From: an uncultured Candidatus Saccharibacteria bacterium
GTDB lineage: Bacteria; Patescibacteriota; Saccharimonadia; Saccharimonadales; JAGQNJ01
Assembly (NCBI GenBank): GCA_964491925.1
Contig: CAZBGZ010000003.1
Span: 86,234 to 150,233, forward strand
DNA: 64,000 nucleotides
Reading direction: 5' to 3'
This document shows positions 30,642 to 40,094 of this stretch, piece by piece. Numbering within the stretch: the stretch's first letter is position 1; every line of letters begins with the position of its first letter. The notes under the pieces were generated by a model. The model worked only from the letters and a program-made list of their open reading frames with translations. It made no database searches and was not told where the DNA came from. The translations under genes were made by a program, and so were the position numbers.

Positions 30642-31055
30642 TTATTCTCCCTCTTTCTGATTTATCTCGTCGCTGGCATCAGGGTGTATGCGACCCTCTG
30701 CCACAAGAACACCATTGGCGTTTTTAATAGCTTGTTTTAAGCCCTTGGCCCATAATTGCTCGACTATCAAAAGTCCAGCAGAAGTGTTGTTTTCTAGTAG
30801 TTCCCCTGTTTCTTCGATGTCTTCGTCAGTTATTAGGGCGCCAGATTTGCTTCCTATAACTTGTTTTACGACCTCGTTGTCTAACGAGCTAAGCTCGAGA
30901 GCCTCTACGTTGCCCGCCTTATCTTTTACGACTAATGCTAAATCGAGCACGGCAATTGTACCGTTATCCATAGCTTTTTTTAGCTCGCTAAGTATCTCGC
31001 CTTTAAAGTTATTGCCTTCAAAGCCGACAATAATATAATCTATTGGTCCCCTCAT
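30642..31055 (-). CDS. DUF6325-like protein (partner of the SHOCT protein)
   Basis: N-terminus GPIDYIIVGFEGNNFKGEILSELKKAMDNGTIAVLDLALVVKD resembles, from memory, the actinobacterial DUF6325 family. There is a 1-nt gap to the SHOCT gene. Confidence 0.5.
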   Translation of the reverse strand: MRGPIDYIIVGFEGNNFKGEILSELKKAMDNGTIAVLDLALVVKDKAGNVEALELSSLDNEVVKQVIGSKSGALITDEDIEETGELLENNTSAGLLIVEQLWAKGLKQAIKNANGVLVAEGRIHPDASDEINQKEGE

Positions 31056-31119
31056 TTTCCTCCTTTGTTACTGCTACTTAATTATATCACGCAGTAAAAC
31101 CACATTGTGGACATAAAGC

Positions 31120-31149
31120 AAAAAGCACAACCGACTGGCTGTGCTTTTT
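31120..31149 (-). terminator. Bidirectional-type Rho-independent terminator
   Basis: Perfect 10-bp stem aaaaagcaca/tgtgcttttt with a 10-nt loop. A/T tracts lie on both sides. Confidence 0.7.
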
Positions 31150-31169
31150 CATTTTGCTTAAACAGAACT

Positions 31170-31568
31170 TTATCCGCGGACTTCGTTACCTCGCACTGTC
31201 AGTGCATATATTACCAACACATTAATGACCACGACTGCAATAGCCCAAATTGGGTAGGTGTTTGCGTAAGCCAAGTTAGCTACAATGCTAAGCATAGCAA
31301 TAATTACCCCAACGACCCGCGCCCATACCGCACCGTTCATTACTGCGAAACCAGCGGCGAATACTAACACTCCGATAATGATATGTATCCAGCCCCAGGT
31401 AGTGAAGTTAAACGCAATCAGACTATTTTGTGTAACTAATAGCCATTTGTCATTCAGTAAAGCCGTTAACCCGGCGATACCTTGAACGACGCCCATCAGG
31501 ATCATCATAAATCCTGCGAAAACAATCCAGCCTGTCCAGCCAGATGGTTGATTATTATTTGCTGCCAT
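31170..31568 (-). CDS. Four-TM membrane protein (DUF7144-like)
   Basis: 132-aa ORF with four TM helices and W/G-rich loops. The family assignment is from memory only. Confidence 0.5.
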   Translation of the reverse strand: MAANNNQPSGWTGWIVFAGFMMILMGVVQGIAGLTALLNDKWLLVTQNSLIAFNFTTWGWIHIIIGVLVFAAGFAVMNGAVWARVVGVIIAMLSIVANLAYANTYPIWAIAVVVINVLVIYALTVRGNEVRG

Positions 31569-31704
31569 AAAACCCTCCTTAGTTATATCTCAACTATACA
31601 CTTCATAAAATTATTTTGTCAAATTAACCATATGCATGTATAAATGCTTATGCTTGCAAAAAACATTTATTAGGAAGAAAATGTAATTAAAGGAGCAGTC
31701 AACG

Positions 31705-32616
31705 ATGGCAAAACCAGTTAGCACCTCAAAAAAAGCAGTTAAATCTGCAGCCAAACCAGTGGAAGTTATAAAAAAACCAGCCAAAATCTTCCGTAGAAAT
31801 GTAATAATAACTGGGATAATCGCTGGACTTTTTATTGTGCTAGCAAACTCTGCAATATGGGCTAATAGATATCTATTCGATTCTAACAATTTTACAACTA
31901 CAGCCGTCAGCTCATTGACGTCGGATTCCAGCCGAAATGCTTTAGCTACTGAAATAACTGACCAGGCCTTAAAGGATTACCCCAAGATAAAAAGCGTTGT
32001 TGATGATACGGCGATTAATTTTATTAGCGGTTTATTAGGCTCCAACCGTGTTGAGCAAATACTGACCAAAACAGTATCTAGATTACAGATTTTTCTCACT
32101 TCACCGAAACGGGAACCAGTAGTTATAAACCTAGAAAATACCAAAGAGATTATAAGTAGATTAATCCAAGTATCTGGCAGGGAAGAAGAAGCTTTGGTTG
32201 ACCCGGCGAAAATACCTGACCAAATTACTGTGTTCAACCCTGACAACTTTCCGAACTTTTACAATGCTGGCGTCACCTTGACTTGGCTAAGCCCGCTACT
32301 TGGAATCGGTGCTATTGCCCTTCTTGCCTGGCCCTATGTCGGCCACCGCAAACAATACAAGGAGCTATTAATTATCCAAGGAACATGCGTAGTGGTTTTC
32401 GGCATACTGGCGTTATTGATGGGACCACTAGTTCGTCCCGTGGCGCTTGGGAATATTCAGAGTGCGAATACTCGCGTTGTTGTTGGAAATATATACGATG
32501 CGTTTATAGCCACATTCAATAGTCAAACAATGTTTGTGATTGTCACTGGATTGTTAGCAATAATTGCGAGCGGTGTAATTATCGGTATCCAACGATATAA
32601 ATCTAGTAAAAAATAA
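31705..32616 (+). CDS. Membrane protein, hypothetical
   Basis: SD aaaggag. N-terminal Lys-rich segment plus TM, an extracytoplasmic domain, and three C-terminal TM helices. Confidence 0.5.
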   Translation: MAKPVSTSKKAVKSAAKPVEVIKKPAKIFRRNVIITGIIAGLFIVLANSAIWANRYLFDSNNFTTTAVSSLTSDSSRNALATEITDQALKDYPKIKSVVDDTAINFISGLLGSNRVEQILTKTVSRLQIFLTSPKREPVVINLENTKEIISRLIQVSGREEEALVDPAKIPDQITVFNPDNFPNFYNAGVTLTWLSPLLGIGAIALLAWPYVGHRKQYKELLIIQGTCVVVFGILALLMGPLVRPVALGNIQSANTRVVVGNIYDAFIATFNSQTMFVIVTGLLAIIASGVIIGIQRYKSSKK

Positions 32617-32617
32617 T

Positions 32618-32989
32618 CTATTCCCTTTCACGAATGTCGGAATGATTTAGGCCATAGTAATGCGCTACTTCATGCCAAAGTGTGTGCTTAATTTGTTCTA
32701 CCAATTCTTCCTCAGTACTGGACATTTGTTCGATCGGAATCTTAAATAATGTTATTTTATCAGGTAACACGAGACTGTAGTTGTTGTTACGGCCAGTCAA
32801 GGGTATCCCTTCGTATAGTCCAAGCAGAATCTGATGCGGGCCAACTTTTTGCTTTTTTAGTTGTTCGGGTGTCGCGGTGTTTTCTACTACTACAACGACG
32901 TTGTCTAGATTTTTTTGGTAGCGTTCTGGTAATGCATCCATTGCATCTGCTACAAACTGCTCAAATTTTTTTTGGGTTACGCTGAACAC
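32618..32989 (-). CDS. Minimal zincin-like metallopeptidase (DUF1025/Zincin_1-like)
   Basis: C-terminal HEVAHYYGLNH (HExxHxxGxxH) in a 123-aa protein. GTG start. Confidence 0.6.
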   Translation of the reverse strand: MFSVTQKKFEQFVADAMDALPERYQKNLDNVVVVVENTATPEQLKKQKVGPHQILLGLYEGIPLTGRNNNYSLVLPDKITLFKIPIEQMSSTEEELVEQIKHTLWHEVAHYYGLNHSDIRERE

Positions 32990-33084
32990 CCTACTATTTT
33001 ATCAGAGAACCAAAACTTGACTTCAATATAATGTAATGGAGCTCATGCTTTGGATTTTGTGGCAACTATATTAAACTAATATCA

Positions 33085-33231
33085 ATGAAAGTTTTAGTAC
33101 TAGCTATAATCCTGTTTTCACCAATGTTTTTGCTTGCTGGAAAAGTCAGTCAACAACTAAAAAACCTAGAATATTTTTATTCAAACGTCGAAGAAATAGC
33201 TCAATCCACGGCTACTGCAAGAACTAAGTAA
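33085..33231 (+). CDS. Possible small secreted peptide (48 aa)
   Basis: Not in the track because it is under 60 aa. MKVLVLAIILFSPMFLLAGKV... has a signal-peptide-like N-terminus. No SD, so this is speculative. Confidence 0.2.
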   Translation: MKVLVLAIILFSPMFLLAGKVSQQLKNLEYFYSNVEEIAQSTATARTK

Positions 33232-33234
33232 TTA

Positions 33235-33897
33235 CTAGTCATCGTCCTCTGTTTCTATCTCGTTTTCAATTTCAGGTTCTTTTTCGGGCGTTTTTTGCTT
33301 CTGTTCCGCGGTATTTGTCGGTGTTTCAGTTGTCGTAGTTTGTTCCCGGGTGCTAGATTGATTTTCGGGCCCCGGTTTTTTTATTACCCTAGCTGGTCGT
33401 AGAACTACGAAATCGTCAAAAACAATTTCGTCTGAGTGGTCAATTTTCATGGCCAGTCGGTAGACGCCTGGCTTTTTAAATAAGGTAGGCCAGTCTTTGA
33501 AATCGTATTTTCTCGTACTATTCGGTTTGATAGCGATGTGCCTGGGTTGTTTATGGCAGTTGCTATTTTTATCCTTAGCTGTGGCGTGAGTTTGTTCCCA
33601 TCTATTATCGTCCCAGCGATAAACGTTCAAAGGTTCTTCCGGACAATTATTGGTGACGTATATTGTGTTTGGAAACTGGTTTTGGATTGAAAAGGATACG
33701 GCTTCACCCGGTTTATAACGTGTTTTGCTGACTTTTAGAACGATGCTGCCAGGGGGAAATTGGTCTTCATCGTGCTCCCTATAGACATGTAAGCCAAGTT
33801 TCACGAAGCCCGTAATCAGTAATATGTAGAAAATTACCCACAATATGTGGAATCTAATCGTCATATGTTTTGTGCGTAATTCTCGGTTTAATCTCAT
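33235..33897 (-). CDS. Membrane-anchored extracytoplasmic protein with acidic/Thr-rich tail, hypothetical
   Basis: Start placed at the ATG at 33897 (MRLNREL..), forming an ATGA overlap with the upstream stop. The listed 276-aa ORF overlaps the upstream gene by 170 nt. One TM helix, then a Cys-containing domain. Confidence 0.55.
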   Translation of the reverse strand: MRLNRELRTKHMTIRFHILWVIFYILLITGFVKLGLHVYREHDEDQFPPGSIVLKVSKTRYKPGEAVSFSIQNQFPNTIYVTNNCPEEPLNVYRWDDNRWEQTHATAKDKNSNCHKQPRHIAIKPNSTRKYDFKDWPTLFKKPGVYRLAMKIDHSDEIVFDDFVVLRPARVIKKPGPENQSSTREQTTTTETPTNTAEQKQKTPEKEPEIENEIETEDDD

Positions 33898-34628
33898 ACT
33901 GTTTTTGCCCTCCATAGTCTCGCCAAGCTGGCATACATTACTATGAAAGCAGTCAGAATCCACAGCCACCGCAACAAGCCGCTGGAAAGATCGGTCCCCA
34001 AAAACAGAGAGTGCACGAATACAAAAAGCATCGCAAGATAACTTAGTAAATGTGTAATTTTCCATAAACCGGGCTTTTTTTCAATCCAGAGCAGGGAAGT
34101 CAGGACGATTGCCATTGACAGATACAGCGATAAAACACCTAGGGCTACATATAGCGAACCTACCGATACCCCCAATAAGTTAATTTGTTTATAGGTTGAT
34201 GCAAACGGTACTAAAAGTGACATCAGACCAAACGGTACAAAGTTGTCAAAGTATAATGAGCCAACATGCAAGAGCACGGAGACAGCAAATGCAATGCCCA
34301 AGGCTCTATGCGAGGCCCAGGCCGTTATTGGCTCAAAAAAGCTGAATGTATGGCCAGTAAGCAACCCAACGCCGGAAAGCATTAAAAGAACAAATGTAAC
34401 CGCTGCTAACAAACCCGATATGCGGGTCAAGTACCAAGGCCACGATACGCGCACTCTTTCCATTAGGCCGTGTGCAACGGATGATTTAGGGGTACGATCA
34501 ACTGTGACACTGGAAGACGACGTCGACTGAGCTGAAGTATTAGCTGGCAGGCTTCCCAATACAGTAATTCCACCTAGGGTTGATGCCAGAATTACGAGAG
34601 CAAAAAATAATAATCTACGCATGTTCAC
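33894..34628 (-). CDS. Ferric-reductase-like (FRD/YedZ-type) transmembrane heme-binding component
   Basis: Six TM helices with spaced His residues (HRALGIAFAVSVLLHV ; THLLSYLAMLFVFVHS), as in di-heme ferric reductase domains. Operon context with an FNR-like protein. Confidence 0.5.
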   Translation of the reverse strand: MNMRRLLFFALVILASTLGGITVLGSLPANTSAQSTSSSSVTVDRTPKSSVAHGLMERVRVSWPWYLTRISGLLAAVTFVLLMLSGVGLLTGHTFSFFEPITAWASHRALGIAFAVSVLLHVGSLYFDNFVPFGLMSLLVPFASTYKQINLLGVSVGSLYVALGVLSLYLSMAIVLTSLLWIEKKPGLWKITHLLSYLAMLFVFVHSLFLGTDLSSGLLRWLWILTAFIVMYASLARLWRAKTV

Positions 34629-35583
34629 TTTCGTTTATTTTAGCACTAGTCTTAATAGTTCTGCTTATGCAAAAACCTTCACCCATCAACTTCACCCCAT
34701 TTGTTCCAGCTTTGTCTTGAAGTATTACGCCCTTAACTATACCTTTACGCAGTATTTTTTTAGCAAAATTTTCACCGCCAATTAAGACGCACGACGCCAT
34801 CACATCAGCAGTAGTAGCATCAGATGCTGCCACGCTACACATCTGGAACTTTGATTTTGCGAGGTTTCCTGTGCGGGGGTCTATTAAATGATATTGTGTT
34901 TTGCCATTTTTACTCCTGGAAAGACCAGAGGTAGCAACCGCGAATTTATCATCTACACCAATGTACTGCCCAACAATTTTACTTGGGTTCTCAAGAGATT
35001 GTATATTTATCTTTTGTGTTTTAGTTTTGGTATTTTTGGCTATTATGTCTCCCCCAATGGATAGACAATATTCAGACATGCCAATAGAATCAAGTGTGTC
35101 TGCTAGTTTGTCTGCTAGGTAGCCTTTCCCTATGCCCCCAAAATCGAGCGCTGTGTTATTGGGTATCTTTGCCCAATCTTTTCCTATGTCTAGTTTTGAA
35201 TAACTTTCCAAAATGCGACTACTATAGTTTATGGCCGATAATCGTGTTTCTCTTCCCCCGAAAGATGTTACATACCCTATCCTATTTAGCGACGGAAGGA
35301 TAAAAGGATTGAATAATCCACCACTTGCAAGGTATAAGTCTTTTGATTTTTTGAGTAGTGCATGAAATTCTTTCGACACTTTAACTTCATTGCCCGCCTT
35401 GGTGTTGAATATTGTAAGCTCACTGGATGTTAAAAAACGGCTAAATTGGTTTTGAAAATTTTCTACTTTTTGCCATAAACTGATGAATAATTTGTCTGCA
35501 CTGGACTCATTGGGGGCGGTTATTTGCAGTTCTAGTTTTGTCCCTAGGGCACGAGCAGACTGCATGTAAATAACGTTTTTCAT
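34615..35583 (-). CDS. apbE: FAD:protein FMN transferase (ApbE family)
   Basis: ALGTKLELQI (MGT-type start), GGIGKGYLADK, and ATSGLSRS....HLIDPRTG are ApbE motifs. Confidence 0.75.
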   Translation of the reverse strand: MKNVIYMQSARALGTKLELQITAPNESSADKLFISLWQKVENFQNQFSRFLTSSELTIFNTKAGNEVKVSKEFHALLKKSKDLYLASGGLFNPFILPSLNRIGYVTSFGGRETRLSAINYSSRILESYSKLDIGKDWAKIPNNTALDFGGIGKGYLADKLADTLDSIGMSEYCLSIGGDIIAKNTKTKTQKINIQSLENPSKIVGQYIGVDDKFAVATSGLSRSKNGKTQYHLIDPRTGNLAKSKFQMCSVAASDATTADVMASCVLIGGENFAKKILRKGIVKGVILQDKAGTNGVKLMGEGFCISRTIKTSAKINESEHA

Positions 35584-36662
35584 GAAACCGTGCTTGTGGG
35601 CGTGCTCTTAGGCGTTGTGGTGGGCGATGGTGTTACGGTTGGGGCCGGCGTTGGGGAAGCAATATTACTACTGCTAGATGATTGACTGCCGCCCGAAGGA
35701 GTGGTTTGTACAACGTCTTTTTGGTTGATATTAGTATTAACCTGAGGCCTTATTGAATTTAAGCTGTTATCTTCAGGTATAACATTGGTTTTTTTTGAAG
35801 TTTCGGTATTTTTAGATTCTAGTTTTGGGATGGTTCTGTATAGGTCCAAAGCTACGATAAAGAAACTGCCGATAATGAACGATAGGCCAGTAAGTGCGTA
35901 TATATTAAATGGCCAGCTTTTTAGTTTTCCAGTTTGGCGATGAGAACCTTGGCTAAACGCCTCGCTCATAATTGCGTTTTTTGGGACCCCTTGTTTTTTT
36001 AGCAAACCAAAAACCGCTTTCATATAAGCTGGTGGACCACAGACAAAATAAGTTTGTACGTTGGTTTTTAGCCCCAACTGCGAAATATTTTCAGTGTTTA
36101 ACTGGCCGGCTATAACTTTGCTGCCTTTTAGCTTTTCTGAATCCCCAGCACCAATAATGTATGTAACTCTTAGGTTGGGATTTTTGCTTTGAAGTTCTCT
36201 TATGGATTCTAAAAAGGGGATATCATTCTGATCTCTGCAGCTGAAAACTAGGTGAATCTTGTTGGGTAGGTCCAGGGCAGTAGCATAATGCATCATGCTC
36301 ATGAAGGGTGCTATGCCAATACCTCCAGCGAGAAAAACGACATCTTCGTGTAATTGTGGGTCAAAAACGAAGCCACCGAACGGCCCTCTCAGGACAACTA
36401 AGTCTTCAATTTTTAGTCTCTCGATCGCGGACGTAAAATGGCCTTTTACACGCATACTGAACTGAATCAACTGTTGATTTGAGGGTGAAGTGGTTATTGA
36501 GAAACATCGCATAACGGTTGGGCGCAGTCTATCGCGTAATCCAATTGCGGCATATTGCCCAGGTTGAAATAGAAGAGGCTCATTGCCCTCGAGACATTCT
36601 AGTGTCAACTCTCGTACTGTTGCAGTCAGCTTTTTATTTGATAAAACTTTGTAATGGTACAC
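35580..36662 (-). CDS. FNR-like FAD/NAD(P)-binding oxidoreductase with a C-terminal TM helix and Ser/Thr/Pro-rich tail
   Basis: RCFSITTSP (RxYS-type FAD motif), LAGGIGIAPF (NAD(P) motif), and CGPPAYM. TM helix IYALTGLSFIIGSFFIVAL, then the tail SSSSSNIASPTPAPTVTPSPTTTP. Confidence 0.7.
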   Translation of the reverse strand: MYHYKVLSNKKLTATVRELTLECLEGNEPLLFQPGQYAAIGLRDRLRPTVMRCFSITTSPSNQQLIQFSMRVKGHFTSAIERLKIEDLVVLRGPFGGFVFDPQLHEDVVFLAGGIGIAPFMSMMHYATALDLPNKIHLVFSCRDQNDIPFLESIRELQSKNPNLRVTYIIGAGDSEKLKGSKVIAGQLNTENISQLGLKTNVQTYFVCGPPAYMKAVFGLLKKQGVPKNAIMSEAFSQGSHRQTGKLKSWPFNIYALTGLSFIIGSFFIVALDLYRTIPKLESKNTETSKKTNVIPEDNSLNSIRPQVNTNINQKDVVQTTPSGGSQSSSSSNIASPTPAPTVTPSPTTTPKSTPTSTVS

Positions 36663-36994
36663 ACATCATTTTACTACGTAATCACAATCTATGTGCATAT
36701 GCTTATTTGTTTCTCGACTTTTTTTGGGTAATTCATACAAAATATTTTTATTGCAAATTCGGATCATTCTGTACTACACCGATTTTCAGAATGAATACTA
36801 CTACCGCTCTGTTGATTAATTCGCCATTAGTTAGGTAATGTAAAATGATGATTTTTCACATTGTGAACTTGATGTTTGTAGAAGTTGGGGAAGGGTATTA
36901 TGAATATACCGGACAGCAAAAATTAGCTGATCCAATCATGCTGAAAACTCTGGATTCACTACGAAACACAAGAATCTATATGCTCCATGTCTGC

Positions 36995-37022
36995 TTGCGC
37001 AATCTAGTCGCAAAAGTATAAT
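36995..37022 (+). promoter_or_regulatory. Sigma70-type promoter giving a leaderless transcript
   Basis: TTGCGC (36995-37000), 16 nt, TATAAT (37017-37022), then 9 nt to the ATG at 37032. No SD. Confidence 0.4.
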
Positions 37023-37031
37023 AACTAGAAG

Positions 37032-37961
37032 ATGATAAAAAAATACAAAAACAAATATAGTTGGTTTTTGATAGGACTTCTAGCTGCGGTTATCGCTGCC
37101 CCAAATGGCACAATTGTAAAATATGCCACCAATGAAATTAGCCCGTTTATTTTCAATGGACTTAGGTTCGGGCTAATGGCAATTATTTGTACTCCATACA
37201 TAATCACGTCTCGTAAGAAAATAACTTCCAAAAATCTGAAAGCTACTTTTATTGTTGGCTTTTTTATGTTTGCCGCAGTAATGAGCTATGTCATAGCAAT
37301 CCAAGCAAGCCAGGCGAGCTATGTATCGATTATAACTTTATTAACTCCTGTATTATTCGTAGTTCTTTCGTTACGAATGACTGGAGAAAGTGTTAGTCGA
37401 CGAGCAGTGGCCGGAATTACTCTCGCTGCGTTAGGAGCATTTATAGTGGTAGTCTTCCCGATAGCTTTTAAGCAAGGAGCATCATTTCAATTTTACCCGG
37501 TCGCAACTTTTTTTGGTCTGTGCAATGTTGTTTCATTCCCTCTGGCGATTATTTATTCTAAAAAGGCAAATGATCAAGGACTGCCACTAACTACCATATT
37601 AGGCATTTCGGCTTGGTTAATTTTTATAATTACTATGTTAATTACGATTATTTTGGGGACCTGGTCGGGGGTCTCATTCAGTACAGGTTCGGTATTTGGC
37701 ATTATATATTCTGGAGTTATTGTGGCTTTTTTGTCTAGAATTATGGGCGTCGCAAGCTATGAGCATCTCGGATCGCCAGTTATTAGCGGTCTTAGTTATA
37801 TTGAAACATTGTTGGCTATAGTTATCCCTGTTATTATTTTAGAAGAGAAGCTGTCGATCGAAATGGTAGTCGGCGGGGCTCTGATTTTGCTGGGAGTATA
37901 TTTTGTAGAACATCACAAATCAGTTCACCACAAACACTACCAACTGTTCAGAGCGCACTAG
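37032..37961 (+). CDS. EamA/DMT superfamily transporter
   Basis: Ten TM helices in two similar halves. Size and pattern are typical of EamA-domain permeases. Confidence 0.6.
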   Translation: MIKKYKNKYSWFLIGLLAAVIAAPNGTIVKYATNEISPFIFNGLRFGLMAIICTPYIITSRKKITSKNLKATFIVGFFMFAAVMSYVIAIQASQASYVSIITLLTPVLFVVLSLRMTGESVSRRAVAGITLAALGAFIVVVFPIAFKQGASFQFYPVATFFGLCNVVSFPLAIIYSKKANDQGLPLTTILGISAWLIFIITMLITIILGTWSGVSFSTGSVFGIIYSGVIVAFLSRIMGVASYEHLGSPVISGLSYIETLLAIVIPVIILEEKLSIEMVVGGALILLGVYFVEHHKSVHHKHYQLFRAH

Positions 37962-37994
37962 TTAAACGGGCTATTCATAAGTACAATAAAATAT

Positions 37995-38693
37995 ATGCAA
38001 AACATACCATCAAATATTATCCCTTGGTTAGTTGGATTCCCAGTTTTTGCGCTATTCGGTTGGCGTGCTCTGAAAAACTACCAACGTCTAAGAAACCCGC
38101 TCTCTGGATTTTTCGCAATCGGAGCGCTTTCCATGGCACTAGCGTTTTTCTTGTGGTCTGTACCACTTTTATTTACAGATAATCAAAAGGTAATGCAAAT
38201 AATATCAATAGTCGGCGACTTTTTTCTCTACCTGACATTAGTTAGCCAGGCTGCGTTGGTTTATTATCTGACCCTCAGAAACAAAGTGCCAAAAGTTGTT
38301 TTTATGGGTCCAATTATCACTATCGCTGTTGCGGGTTATGTTTCGCATGTTTATGGTTATTTGCACAATGGGGTAGCAATTGTCGACGGAAATTTCGAAT
38401 ACAAATTACCTTTTTTTGCATCTATCGCCCAGATTATCCTATTAGCTAATGTTTTTTTGGTAGGTGTTTTGTTGTTTAGTAGGCTGAAAGAGCAAAACAG
38501 TAAACGCAGCAAAAGTAACTTGATTGGAATATCCATACTACTGATGTTGTCGGCAACTGCTGGGGCACTAAATATCATATCAGCGGGAAAACCAAACGAG
38601 ACAATCCCAATAATTGCCAGTTACGCAGTGGGTTTTATCGTATTCTTATTAATACTGGGTTTTGCTAGAATTATTCGACCTAAAAACGGCTAG
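37995..38693 (+). CDS. Seven-TM membrane protein, hypothetical
   Basis: 232-aa polytopic ORF. TACAAT (37982-37987) lies 7 nt before the ATG. No family recognised. Confidence 0.5.
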   Translation: MQNIPSNIIPWLVGFPVFALFGWRALKNYQRLRNPLSGFFAIGALSMALAFFLWSVPLLFTDNQKVMQIISIVGDFFLYLTLVSQAALVYYLTLRNKVPKVVFMGPIITIAVAGYVSHVYGYLHNGVAIVDGNFEYKLPFFASIAQIILLANVFLVGVLLFSRLKEQNSKRSKSNLIGISILLMLSATAGALNIISAGKPNETIPIIASYAVGFIVFLLILGFARIIRPKNG

Positions 38694-38698
38694 AGTAA

Positions 38699-39961
38699 TT
38701 ACAATGAATTAGCAAAATCCTCGATTTCGGCGTCCGAAATTTTTTTGGCATCAGTTTTGCGTCCGCTGATAGGTGGTACTTCTAGAAAAAATGTCGAGCC
38801 TTTACCTAGTTCACTAACACACCACACTTTGCCGTTTATTCTCTCTGCTAATTTTTTAGTAATGTACAAACCCAGCCCGGTACCACCAGTTTCGCGAGTT
38901 TGAAAATCCTCAACTCTGAAAAATTTTGTGAATAGTTTTTTCTGATCTGTGCGAGAGACGCCAACTCCAGTATCTTCAACCCAAAAACGCACGCCGTTAT
39001 TTTCGGAACGTTCAGCCCCAACTGTAATCACTCCTTTGTCCGTGTATTTTATGGCATTAGTGACAAAGTTTTGAATAATTTCACTTATGTATATTTCGCT
39101 AGAAAGAACGGGTCGCAAGTCGACTATCGGACGAACAGTAAGGTTAAGTGATTTATTTTCTGCTTGCTTTTTGTAGTTTGTGACAATTTCTTGGATGACT
39201 TTTTTAGGGTCAACAGGCTTTATCTCTATGCCCAGGTACTGCCCCTCAGCTCTTGCTAGTGTGGCTAGGTCATTGACAAGATTACCAAGGTAGATAGTAT
39301 TTTTGTGTGCAATTTCTAACATTTTTAGTGCTTCTGGCTTAATGCCTGTGCTCATTTCTCCTGCTAAAACAGATGACAGACTGGCCTCGATGGTTGCAAC
39401 TGGTGTACGAAGTTCGTGAGAGGTGACAGATATGAACTCATTTCGTTGATCATCCAAGCTTTTTTGTTTAGTTATATCACGTAGCGTTATTACATAACCC
39501 CCACGTTTTTTACCGTAGCTAGAGGCTATAGGGGCGATTATGACTTGGAGAGCAATGCTTTCTTTCTCGCTAATTGCCAAGGTTGTATCAATATGTTCTA
39601 TGGTCCTGTTTTGCGTCTGTGCTTCCTTGACTAAGTCAATTGGATGTTGGTCTGGACCCATAAGCTTCAAGACGTCAGTTAAACGTTGGCCCGAAACAGA
39701 AATATTAATGTTTAGGAGGCTCAGGGCAGCGCTGTTGTATAGGGTTATTATCCCTTCGCTGTCTGTTGTTAAAACCCCCGTATCAATAGTGTTTAGAAGC
39801 GCTGCTAACTTGTCATGCTCTTGGGCCATGGTGGCTTGCAAAGTTGCTAGAGTTTGGCGTTGTTTGTGACCTCTTCCTAAAGAGTTTGCCAGTCTTCTCA
39901 AGAGAGAGGGGCTTTTTAGACTTTCGTCATTCGTGTTGATAGGGTTATCCGTAAGCGGCAT
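38699..39961 (-). CDS. Soluble PAS-domain sensor histidine kinase (no response regulator nearby)
   Basis: PAS-like region (TDSEGIITLYNSAA...). HisKA H-box SHELRTP. HATPase N/G boxes (NAIKYT, DTGVG, GGTGLGL). No TM helix. Confidence 0.85.
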   Translation of the reverse strand: MPLTDNPINTNDESLKSPSLLRRLANSLGRGHKQRQTLATLQATMAQEHDKLAALLNTIDTGVLTTDSEGIITLYNSAALSLLNINISVSGQRLTDVLKLMGPDQHPIDLVKEAQTQNRTIEHIDTTLAISEKESIALQVIIAPIASSYGKKRGGYVITLRDITKQKSLDDQRNEFISVTSHELRTPVATIEASLSSVLAGEMSTGIKPEALKMLEIAHKNTIYLGNLVNDLATLARAEGQYLGIEIKPVDPKKVIQEIVTNYKKQAENKSLNLTVRPIVDLRPVLSSEIYISEIIQNFVTNAIKYTDKGVITVGAERSENNGVRFWVEDTGVGVSRTDQKKLFTKFFRVEDFQTRETGGTGLGLYITKKLAERINGKVWCVSELGKGSTFFLEVPPISGRKTDAKKISDAEIEDFANSL

Positions 39962-40094
39962 GTTGGTTTATATTGTACCGCGAATCGCAACTATCGTTGA
40001 TGTAATTCTTGTATATGTGTTTTTTGGTAGATAGTTTTGATCTTTTTTAGATTTAGATGTAAATATATTTTCATAATTGCATGAAGGTATATGT

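Noticed and set aside
33898-34065. N-terminal extension of ORF 33235-34065 overlapping the ferric-reductase-like gene
   Set aside because: The extension overlaps the well-supported upstream gene by 170 nt in another frame. The ATG at 33897 gives a standard ATGA stop/start coupling.
36845-37021. 58-aa ORF (MMIFHIVNLMFVEVGEGYYEYTG...) in the 370-bp spacer upstream of the EamA gene, and the nearby palindrome TTCACAtTGTGAA (36857-36869)
   Set aside because: The ORF has no SD or suitably spaced promoter, it overlaps the predicted EamA promoter, and no family is recognised. The palindrome alone is insufficient to call an operator.
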